DNA of 63,999 bases, the filler included, from Perkinsus olseni (taxonomy: Eukaryota), in the NCBI GenBank assembly GCA_013115125.1. It is 5 parts of 5 records of this genome, joined end to end, with 100 filler letters (N's around TTAATTAATTAA, not from the genome) between each part and the next. Parts side by side here need not be neighbours in the genome. Positions count along the whole stretch, not along the records: positions 26,338 to 39,379 come from JABANN010000774.1; 4 more parts are not named here. One strand, written 5' to 3'. The notes beneath the pieces were generated by a model. That model did not search any database. It worked only from the letters and a program-made list of their open reading frames with translations, and was not told where the DNA came from. This document shows positions 26,635 through 36,261 of the stretch, piece by piece (position 1 is the stretch's first letter; each line of letters opens with the position of its first letter). A program made the position numbers and the translations under genes.

Positions 26635-29600
26635 ATGATTTCGTGTTTTACACGCCTGAGGAGGTGACGGTCATCGGCAGCTATTCGAAGAAGGCGTGCG
26701 CCAAGCCGAGGTTGGCCGTGGACGTGGGGGTGAGATTTGGGGAAGGAGTGGTATTGGCGCGCATGTTCATGGCTGGATTATACAGGTTGTGATTCCGGCA
26801 AAGTGCTTGCAGAGTAAGGATTATCTGAATGGTCGCTATCTGAACAAACGTAGGAATCTTGCAGTCTCGAAGGATCTTGGAATTCCTCAACGCTATAGGT
26901 AATGCATATGTGGGAGAGTTGTTGAGGCAGCTGAAGGAGATCATGGATGGCTCGAAAATTGAGCTGAAGATTGGGTACCTTTGTGGGGATCACGCCAAGC
27001 CTATTGTCGAGGTAGTATCCGATGTTGAAGCGCGTAGGATACAAAGTAGGTTGAGCTGTGGTCGTGCCAGGTATGCCCGATTGGGTCTACATGGGTGATA
27101 AGGCTTCTCCCGTGCATTGGCGATGGTACCGATCCCACAGCGATCTCCGGCCCCGAGTTCAGCTGGCTGGCGAGACTTGGTTTGGAGCGCAACTGTTATC
27201 GTATTGATGGTCATGATGGCGAGGAGCCAACTCCACTGTAATAGCGGAGTAGAGTGGTCACTCTACCGCACAGCGAAGGTTTCCCCGGAGTATCTTTCAG
27301 ATATAACTCAGAGGTTGCGGAGGATATTTGGATACGCTCGAGTTCCTCTGCGAGCGAGAGTGGCGAGGGTCATCCGGGTTATGCGAAGGCTGTGACGTTG
27401 TTGAAGATTTGGGCATATCAAAGGGGATTCCTTTATAGGAGAGACGGGGAGGAGAATGCTGGTTTGGCGGGGTAGTAGTGGGAGAATGGTCTGATGGTTG
27501 TATTGATTGGTTATCACGCAGAAGGCGTGAGTTCGATCCATGCATCTTGCACTTAGGTACCATCTTGCTGTTATTATCGATCACGTCATATCATCTTCGA
27601 GTTTGCCGCAGTCCACTAGTGCGTATCAGATATTCAAGCTCGCACTTGTAATAGGGGCTGGAACGTATCTTACATGCTTGCAAGATACATGTTAGGTCAA
27701 CTTTACGTAAATTTCGATAAATCTGTCAGGTGCTTTTATCTTCGACCGATTGGAATTCGAATGCTCTAGTCGTGGGCTCCCAGGAGAAGGAGGAGCGTTC
27801 GATCCCTGATCGTTCCGACTCGGTAATTCCCCTCACGCTATACTACATTATCAACAGTCGCCGTTCGAAGTTGAACGTGTCGTCATCCGTGGGGTTCGAA
27901 CCCGGGACCTTCATCATCATGAAAGCACTCCAGCGTCTTCTTGCCGGTAGCAACGTCGTTATTTTGCATCGTTCCTTCACGCGTGCGTGACCACCTAGCT
28001 CTTGAGTGTCGGCCCAACCCTCGGCCATTATCGAATCTAGGATGAGAGGCCGAGTCGGAGTAGAGCTTCCTTGTTGTCGTGCCTGCTGGTACCGTAGATG
28101 CGTCGTTATGAACCATATCCGCGATGGCTTCTTACTTCCAAATTTTACTGCAAAAACGAGTCGCATTTCCGGAACCATTTTATCGTTTGTTCAGGCTCAA
28201 CTTTTCTCTGGCTTTGATCGGGCCTACAATATCTTTTGGCGTATGAGCTTGGTGACCATCGGTGAGGTTGGTCTCGCTGCTAAGCATTCTCTGGAGGTAG
28301 TTAGATACCTCGTAGCGTATCTTTATCGATTGCCGACGATCATGTTAGTTACTTGATGATCCTAAAGAGGCTGACCCTTTCATGGAAGTGTTCGGCGAGA
28401 AGTAGTATGGGAATTTCGTGGCGCAGTGGTCAAACGAAAGATTTTTTTCCCGCAAGATTTCTTTATTTTTCAGCTCGAGCAAAAGCCTCAGACTACGCTG
28501 GGATTTCGCGGTAACATTGCCTATGGACGGAACCTTCCTGGAAAGTCGCCGCATGGAGGAGAGAGTGAATCGATTACTCGGGCGCGCGCTTAATGACCGG
28601 TTGAAGTCATTGGCTGTGAGAAGGTCATTTGGGAAGCGAACGGTCACAATAGGAGGTAGGAGGATAAAACTCCAGCTTCTTTGTTGTTTCGATGAACATA
28701 TCGAGGCATTTTCGCAATCGATCACGAGGGCGAGCGCTTTATTCTTCTCAGGCATATTGAACAGCGAGCGTACTGGTCGGCTGTTGGATAAGGGTCCATC
28801 GCCCAAGGCAGAGGAGGCGGGAGCATGGCGTAAGACGTATCTGGCGCACAGCGAAGATTGTAGGGTTAATGCTGTTAGGCGAGCTGTGGGGTCCGAAGTC
28901 TGAGCTGAGACGGTTCAAGGATGGCACGATGCTTGAATGCTGTGTTTGGAATGGAGCGGATGATGAATCTGTCGAGGGGCAGATCATTGTAAGATACTTC
29001 TTGTCATGCAGGGGTCGGATAGGTTAACCTTTCAGAGGCATATCTTGGAGCATCATGAGATATCTTATGATGATATTTATGTGACACCGTTGGGTCACAT
29101 TTCGGGATTGAGGCCAGCTGACAGGTCGGAGCTTCAACCTATGATGTGTGATGATGCTTTGGGTATCATATTAGGGATCTTTGGCGTAACTTTGAGCTCT
29201 TACGCAGCGCTCTGCAAGGGATGGAAGATATTCCCTTAGCGATCAAGGATGTGCGTCCCAGTAAGTGGGGTATGGGAATCGAACCCGGGTCGTTCGGACG
29301 AGAGTGATGGATACTTCCCAGGTGATCCAGCGTTCAGCTACACTTCCATCAGCCAAGAAAGTTCGAGCATTTCTGGTCTGCTGGAGGTCGTCATTGAGGT
29401 CGAGTCCAATTCCGCGTGGCCGTCGAAGGTAAAGAGGATATCCTCACCACTCTACTCGTCAGCCGAGCATTCGAAACTGTATAACGATCGTTTCGCTACC
29501 TGAGGAATAAACTGTCGAAGATATAACGATCAAAGTTGATCAACTCTTGCCATCTTGCAATCTTGCTATTTCTCAATCCTTGTTACTCTCTTTTCAGCCC

Positions 29601-31088
29601 CAGGCGATTATTGATACTAAGTCAGCCTTGCTCCTGAAGCTCCGGGAGGGGTTGTTAGTAACGGAGGAGTTCTCTGATGTAAATATATCGGCTACGGAGA
29701 ACCCCTTCCTGGACGTGCACGTCGGTGGTCGACGGGTGACCTATCGATGCAGGATGTGGCACAGAGAAGAGGTGGGTTTAGGAGAAGGGTGCGGGGATGG
29801 AACCAGGGTCTCTTGGATGATGGGTTGACAGGTTGTCCAGTTGGCTACAGCAGCGACTACAACCAGTCCAAATAAGCAGAGAATGGGTGGGAGATATCTG
29901 GTTCGAATCTCGCTGGAGTCGTTTATCGAATTCAGATTGGGAGCATTTCTCTCCATTGCGAACTCTGTGGTACGAGCCGACTCACAGGAATTGGATTCAC
30001 TCCATGACCGCATTATATCCGGTAAATGGCGGAAAAATGTCGCCTGTGGGGTTCGAACCGGCGGCCTCACCGCCATCTTGTTCAGTGTCTAGCGCCGGCT
30101 ATTCGAGCAGCGAAGCGATGGCTGGATAAGCGCCTGCTCTTGACGGGAGTTGATCTCGACAACTTTGCCGAGCTGAGCATGATGTAGTTTGAGGAAATGC
30201 AAGTGATGCTAAGGGCAGCAAGATTTATGTCAGGCATGTGGTCGTCAATCAGAATCCTCAGTCTCCGCACACGGCAGTGCTACTCTGGTTGAAGTTGATC
30301 GAGGCTTGGCATGCCAGTCAGCGACCGATGTAAGGTCCCGGGTTCGAACCGACCCAGCTCTTTTTTTCGTCATTTATGTTCTCAGTTACCTGCTCCAGTC
30401 GTTGACCCCTGGCGAGGAGGAAGAGGAGGGGTCCGAAGAATCCCAACGGCTACTAGAAAAGTTGCAAACTTGTTACGAGGCTGTTCCCATCTCGACGCGA
30501 CCTAGGATGTGGATTAGTAGTCGCCTCGACCCCCACTGTCTTTTGGTACGTTTAAATGCCTTCACCGGGGTTCGAACTGGGGATCTCCCTCGTCAGGTCC
30601 GTACTCCAAGCAATGCTCTATGTCAGCGAATGGCTTCTCTTGCGTCAGCTTCACTCAAGCATGCGTTGACCGCTAGTTGGAAACGGATACTCCGACCTCT
30701 TCCGTCGGAGAATCTTTCCTCCTTGGACGTGGTCATCACGCTGGTTAAGAATAAGGTGGATGCATCGCTACTGCAGCAGCAGTGCGCTCGACACTTCGGT
30801 TCGGTCGGAGTGTTCCTGTGCGGCGCTCGCGGCTCCATCATGGGTATCAAGTGGAGGCCTGCAGCTAGCGTGGCGACGAGGAAACAGTTGGCAGGGGGGA
30901 TGCAGCATTTGGCGGTCAGCGAGGATTTGGTCGTGCCCAATTATGCTTGGGTGTTGAAGAACGTTGTCAGCGGCATGTGTGGCGGAGTGGTGAAAGATGT
31001 CAAGATGCATGGGGTACTCGGCAAGCACGCGAGTTCAAATCCTGGTCCCATCGTTTTTCCTGCTCAGGTCGGCACTAATCTCCTCTAA
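26635..31088 (+). CDS. NOL6: Nrap-family nucleolar protein (NOL6/Utp22), many exons
   Basis: PEEVTVIGSY, KDYLNGRYLNKR, LLKIWAYQRG, LLDKGPSP...LWGPKSELRRFKDG..ECCVW, IPLAIKDVRP, PAIRAAKRWL, GIKWRP; 5' end approximate. Confidence 0.9.
27878..31058. repeat. Eight dispersed intronic tRNA-3'-end-like elements (B-box RGTTCRA) in NOL6
   Basis: 27881-27911(-), 29265-29292(-), 29787-29812(-), 29891-29921(+), 30038-30068(-), 30332-30360(+), 30557-30587(-), 31023-31053(+); each lies inside a phase-consistent predicted intron. Confidence 0.75.
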
Positions 31089-31213
31089 CGTAAACTACTA
31101 CTACTAACCCTACCAACGTAAATGGTTTCTCTTCTACACCAGTTTTCGAGTTGAGGGAGCATGGCGGCATTGACCCTTCTTCGTAGGTTTTTTGATTGTG
31201 TAATTACTTCCTA

Positions 31214-32359
31214 ATGCTATCTGTGCATGCTTGCTGGGTGTTATTGCTATGCATACCAACTTTTGCCGAAATCGTGACCACCACGACTCCTAGTCCTGCA
31301 GAATTAGACGTTGAAGTCTCTACCCAACTCTCCTTTGATAACCCTCCCCTCGACCGACTATACTTCTGTCCGCGAGGCAAAATAGAGGCGGCCCGAGTGG
31401 GCACCAGCTGGCCGGCATATCCGGTCACGCTCAACACTTCGGAGTGTCTGAACTATGACCAAATTATGGGGCTTCCCAATCGACAACAAAATCTGGAGTG
31501 CATCGCAAGTGCTACCGAGGCGTTAACCTCTGCTCTCGACAGAGTCGGGTTGAGTGAGAGCTTCCTCGTTTGGGGCAGCCTGCTGGGGTGGTATCGTCAT
31601 GAAGGCGGTATTATACCCTGGGACTTTGATGGTGACGTCGCCGTTATGAAGGAGTCGTGCAATGCAACCTTCGATGCTCTTCGTGCGAAGGGTAGTGGTG
31701 TTAAGAACATCGCCCAGGCCGTGGACGCGGAACTCCCTCGAGGCTTTCACATCGTCACCGTCACTGATGGTGGTGTTAGTCGAGATTTGGATACCTTCTC
31801 GGGTTGTGAGGCCCAGGAGTTGAGAATTGAAGGCTACTGGCCGGGGACTGAGGATCGTATGTGCTACACCGATTTGTGGTTCCTCGACCATGAGTCCAGT
31901 GAAGGCGCCGATTGTCATTGCGATTCCATCGTTCCTTCACCTCGGGCGTGCATTGAGAATAAGTATTACTCGCGTGGATGTATCTCCGAGGCTGATTTGT
32001 TCCCCCTTGCTGATTCCACACTGCTCGGTAAAGTATCTGTGAAGGTCCCCAACGACCCCTTAGGAGTGCTAAGACGTCTCTATCCCGCTGGCATCGACAT
32101 CAAGAACATGGCCCCTGTACCGAAGAACCCCCTCTTCGAGGATGACTGGTCCATTGTGGTCGCTAGCAGCCCAACAGCGATGCAGCAGCCTAGGGGACAC
32201 ACAACTCTATGGTGGTTCGTTGCAGTGGTGATCGTCGCGATCTTAGCCTGTTTGTGCATCCCAAAATTGTACCGATGTTTCGTTAAACGCCGCCGGGCTG
32301 GGTACGCGCTGCCCAAGCGAACTGATGATTCCACTCAAGAGTTTGTCATCATCGGATAG
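31214..32359 (+). CDS. LicD/fukutin-family phosphotransferase, copy 1
   Basis: GSLLGWYRHEGGIIPWDFDGDV motif; signal-peptide-like N-terminus; C-terminal TM followed by KRRR; intronless. Confidence 0.85.
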   Translation: MLSVHACWVLLLCIPTFAEIVTTTTPSPAELDVEVSTQLSFDNPPLDRLYFCPRGKIEAARVGTSWPAYPVTLNTSECLNYDQIMGLPNRQQNLECIASATEALTSALDRVGLSESFLVWGSLLGWYRHEGGIIPWDFDGDVAVMKESCNATFDALRAKGSGVKNIAQAVDAELPRGFHIVTVTDGGVSRDLDTFSGCEAQELRIEGYWPGTEDRMCYTDLWFLDHESSEGADCHCDSIVPSPRACIENKYYSRGCISEADLFPLADSTLLGKVSVKVPNDPLGVLRRLYPAGIDIKNMAPVPKNPLFEDDWSIVVASSPTAMQQPRGHTTLWWFVAVVIVAILACLCIPKLYRCFVKRRRAGYALPKRTDDSTQEFVIIG

Positions 32360-34009
32360 TAACACTGCTCCACAAGGCGATCGATCCCCTTGCAGCAGTT
32401 CCTCCAGTCACTGACAGTGTTTTACCGAGTCTTGCTGCTTATGTTCTCAGTTTACGCTACTTGTCGTTTGTTTTGGTGTTGTGTTTTGCAAGTCCACTCC
32501 GATGGTGGGTGGTGCCCGCAGCTGAACGGATGTGCTAAGGAGGGGGGACTACCGAGCAGAAACTAAATGCGGTCGAAGGTTGTGCGCGGTGAACGCTGTG
32601 ATCAAGCTCGCGGTGCTTCAATGGAGCCCACTGCTAAAGCTAGCTACGCTCCGCTGGTGTTTATGCGTGCAGGGTAGTCTGGGCACTAGCTATATCTTTA
32701 GGATGGATCTCACAAGCTCCTCTTCCCCTTCGTGTTACACGTGTGTGTGAGAGTAATACAGCAGATAAGAACTTCTGATTGAGAAGGGCTCTAGTAGAGG
32801 GGAGATCTATGACACGTTGTAGCCGTGATGACGGCGGTCACGAGCTCGACCCAGTCCTCCGGTCCCTGAATGTGGAGGTAGGATACTAGGGACTGCTGAC
32901 TCGATCCAGGCCGGGCATGAAGTCGGGCAGTTCCATCCTGGCCTACCGAGCAGTCGTGGCCACTAACTAGTAGTTGGCAGCAAGCGCATGCATCCGCCCA
33001 CCGGGCGGTGACACTGATGAGTATCGAGCAGATCAGAACAGAACCACACACTGTCCACACCACCACCCTTTGGAACGTTGAAGTTTAACTGCAGCCATTC
33101 GGTTTCCTTAAGCTCGAAGTTCGATCTTCGGGTCCGATCTTCAAGCTCGATGATCGGGCCCTATTATTATACCTCACAGGGGATGCTAATTCTACTAGCC
33201 TAGTGGTATCCACTGTGTCACTCACTGACAGACACCACCCACTCGCAAGGAGGGGCCATCGCCTCAATCTAGAATCCGCACCAACTTGATGCTATCGGGA
33301 CTGTGGCGGATGGCACACGGAGCCGGACTGGAGTGTTGCTTTTGTTCTCAGATGGTCGTTGAGACTCGCTGTTCTCACGTCTCCCTCTTCTCAAGGGGCT
33401 CGCCTGCCATTAGCCGATGGAATGATTCTCTCTTGTTGTCCGCCCCGGAAGCTCAACCTGTTGGCATAGCCAAGTAAAGTTCGGCGGGCAGTGTGCCGTG
33501 GGTCGAGAGTGACAGTTGTGGCGCAGCTCGGGAAACAGATCCCCCATCTTGTTCAAACAAGCAGTCACAGATCGCTATATCAGCTCTCGCTTGAGATGCC
33601 ATCTCGTATACCCACTGCAATGGTGTTTTCGAGTCGCGGCAATTGCATCGAGGAAGAAGTCTGACGTCACCCGCATGGGATAGCAGTGCCCCGCGCACGG
33701 AAAGACTAGCTTTCATTCAAGGAAGCAGAGAGTCTCGGTCAGACTCCAGTCGCGCCTTTTCGACTGGCGAAGGCTCGGCGGGAGGAGTGTACAGAGTGAA
33801 TGTCCCGGCGTTGGTGTGACCCAGTGTCCTGCTGGAAAACCCAGTGGTGCAGCTCGCACGATGCAAACTTATGTTGCCACTCCACTCCCCCAAACTTTTG
33901 GAACTTACTTCGTGATTATGGACGGGTTCTCTCTATGGTAGCTCTATCGACGTTAGTTCGCCGTCGGAATTCACCCTTGATCACAGTTCCTTTGCTTGTC
34001 TAGTAAGTG

Positions 34010-35110
34010 ATGCCTCCTCTGCACGTCTTCACGTTATTCCTGCTTTCGCTGTCAACTTCCACTGCAGTCGAAATATCCACTCAACTCGCCTTCGACCAGC
34101 CTCCTCTCGATCGGCTTTTCTTCTGCCCGCGAGGCAAAATAGAAGAGGCTCGAGTCAGCAGCGGCTGGCCGGCGTATCCGGTCACTCTGAACACTTCGGA
34201 GTGTCTGAACTATGACCAAATTATGGGGCTTCCCAATCGACAACAAAATCTTGAGTGCATCGCGAGTGCCACCGAGGCGTTAACCTCTGCTCTCGACAGA
34301 GTCGGGTTGAGTGAGAGCTTCCTCGTTTGGGGCAGCCTGCTGGGGTGGTATCGTCATGAAGGCGGTATTATACCCTGGGACTTTGATGGTGACGTCGCCG
34401 TTATGAAGGAGTCGTGCAATGCAACCTTCGATGCTCTTCGTGCGAAGGGTAGTGGTGTTAAGAACATCGCCCAGGCCGTGGACGCGGAACTCCCTCGAGG
34501 CTTTCACATCGTCACCGTCACTGATGGTGGTGTTAGTCGAGATTTGGATACATTCTGGGGCTGCGAGGTCCTGGAGCTGCGGCTTGAGCGCGATTGGCCG
34601 TGGTTTGGCGGTCGTATGTGCTACACCGATATATGGTTCCTCGACCACGAGTCCAGTGAAGGCGCTGCCTGCCAGTGTGACTCCGACGTCCCTTCCCCTC
34701 GAGTGTGTTTCGAGAATAAATACTATTCTTGCGGCTGTATCGCCGAGACTGATTTGTTTCCCCTTACTGATTCCAGGCTGCTCGGTAAAGTCTCTGTGAG
34801 GGTCCCACACAACCCTTCAGGAGTGCTGAGGCGCCTCTATCCCACTGGCATCGACATCAAGAACATGGCCCCTGTACCCGAGAACCCCCTCTTCGAGGAT
34901 GACTGGTCCATTGTTATCGCTAACACCCCAGCAGCTCATGAGCTGCTTAGTGAGCACAATACTCTTTACTGGTCCATTGTAGCAATTATTGTCGTGATCT
35001 TGGCATGTGCCGGTATCATGCTGCTTTACCGATATGCCGGTAAACGACGTGGAAGATATGGGCCAGCTCAGCCAGCCGACGATGCAACCCCAATGTTTGC
35101 CGTTGAGTGA
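34010..35110 (+). CDS. LicD/fukutin-family phosphotransferase, copy 2
   Basis: Same motif and architecture as 31214-32359. Confidence 0.85.
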   Translation: MPPLHVFTLFLLSLSTSTAVEISTQLAFDQPPLDRLFFCPRGKIEEARVSSGWPAYPVTLNTSECLNYDQIMGLPNRQQNLECIASATEALTSALDRVGLSESFLVWGSLLGWYRHEGGIIPWDFDGDVAVMKESCNATFDALRAKGSGVKNIAQAVDAELPRGFHIVTVTDGGVSRDLDTFWGCEVLELRLERDWPWFGGRMCYTDIWFLDHESSEGAACQCDSDVPSPRVCFENKYYSCGCIAETDLFPLTDSRLLGKVSVRVPHNPSGVLRRLYPTGIDIKNMAPVPENPLFEDDWSIVIANTPAAHELLSEHNTLYWSIVAIIVVILACAGIMLLYRYAGKRRGRYGPAQPADDATPMFAVE

Positions 35111-35595
35111 AGACTCTTCTCCGGAGAGTAAACACCTTATCGTTCGAAATTCTGGCTCCCTCGGGTCAATCTCGACCAACCTGCCCACGAGAGTGCATAA
35201 ACTTGAGTTGCCCTATACCGATTCCCTCTGTGACACAGCTCTTCATCGGTCCTTCACTGAAGGACCTTCAGTTGCTCTCGTTCATCTCTCTTTTTATACA
35301 TCTACCGTTCCCAATATGCGTTGAGTTGCCGTACGAGAGTTGATCTTGTGGTTAGTTTTCGATGGACGGTTTATCATTCGCCAGGGACATGTTCATGAAT
35401 AGCGAGACCATGTCGTGGTCAGTGACCACTGGTCACCATGATGGGCTTGCTGTATGGCACACAGTTCATTGGAACAGTTCGCTTATGCCAGGTCAAACAA
35501 CGTGTTCGCTAAATGGGTATGGGAGCCCCTACGCATTCGCAATTTGATTCGGCATGCGCTCGGAGGTCATATGGCGGTGTATTGCCTGTCGCCAC

Positions 35596-35660
35596 GCTCT
35601 GCCGAATTTGGTTCCTTGGTGTCACGCCGCGTGACACCAAGGAACCAAATTCGGCAGAGC
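35596..35660. repeat. Perfect inverted repeat, 32-bp arms, 1-nt spacer
   Basis: gctctgccgaatttggttccttggtgtcacgc-c-gcgtgacaccaaggaaccaaattcggcagagc. Confidence 0.95.
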
Positions 35661-35966
35661 CAAATTCGCGTGACTCACGCGCCCTTTCATACTGAGGTAA
35701 ATCCCGCAGGGTTTTATCGACGGTGAAACCGGTGCGAAAGGGGACAATATTTGTGTGCTAGCAGCATTGGCTAGAGCGCTAGCCAGGTCGGATTCACCTT
35801 CTCGTGATACTGATCGTGGTCAGGGTGTAATATTCTAGTACTGTCGCGGTACTACCGCGGTATATCTTCCTCGACGAAAGGGAGGCGGTTCTGCTAAACG
35901 CGTGAACCCGAGCCACCTTTCGTCTGTCAGTTTGTCTTCATGTTTTCTCGGTAACGATTTGATCGA

Positions 35967-36261
35967 CTCTGCAGCCTCTGCGCGAGTCGATCAATTTGTC
36001 TTGAAGATAGTGCGGTCATAGCCGCAGGACTCCCGGTGGCTTGTCTGCGCCTCGCCATAGAGGACGACGTGACTAGCCCCTAGTCCTCTCTCTTTCCTTC
36101 TAGTACCTCAATCTGAGCGGCTCTGCAGCCTTTGCGTGAGCCGATCAATGTGTCTTAAGACATGGCGGTCATAGCCGCGCGACTCGGTATGCAGTGGCTG
36201 GTCTGCGCCTCAGCATAGAGGACGAAGTGACTAGCCCCGGGTCTCCTCCTCTCTTCTAGTA
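35967..36261. repeat. Diverged tandem duplication, ~140-nt unit
   Basis: ctctgcagcc...gatcaat...gcggtcatagccgc...gtctgcgcctc...catagaggacga.gtgactagcccc...ttctagtac occurs at ~35967 and ~36121. Confidence 0.85.

Noticed and set aside
27878-31053. Intronic elements as functional tRNA genes
   Set aside because: No D-arm or anticodon arm, and most introns are too short to hold a tRNA
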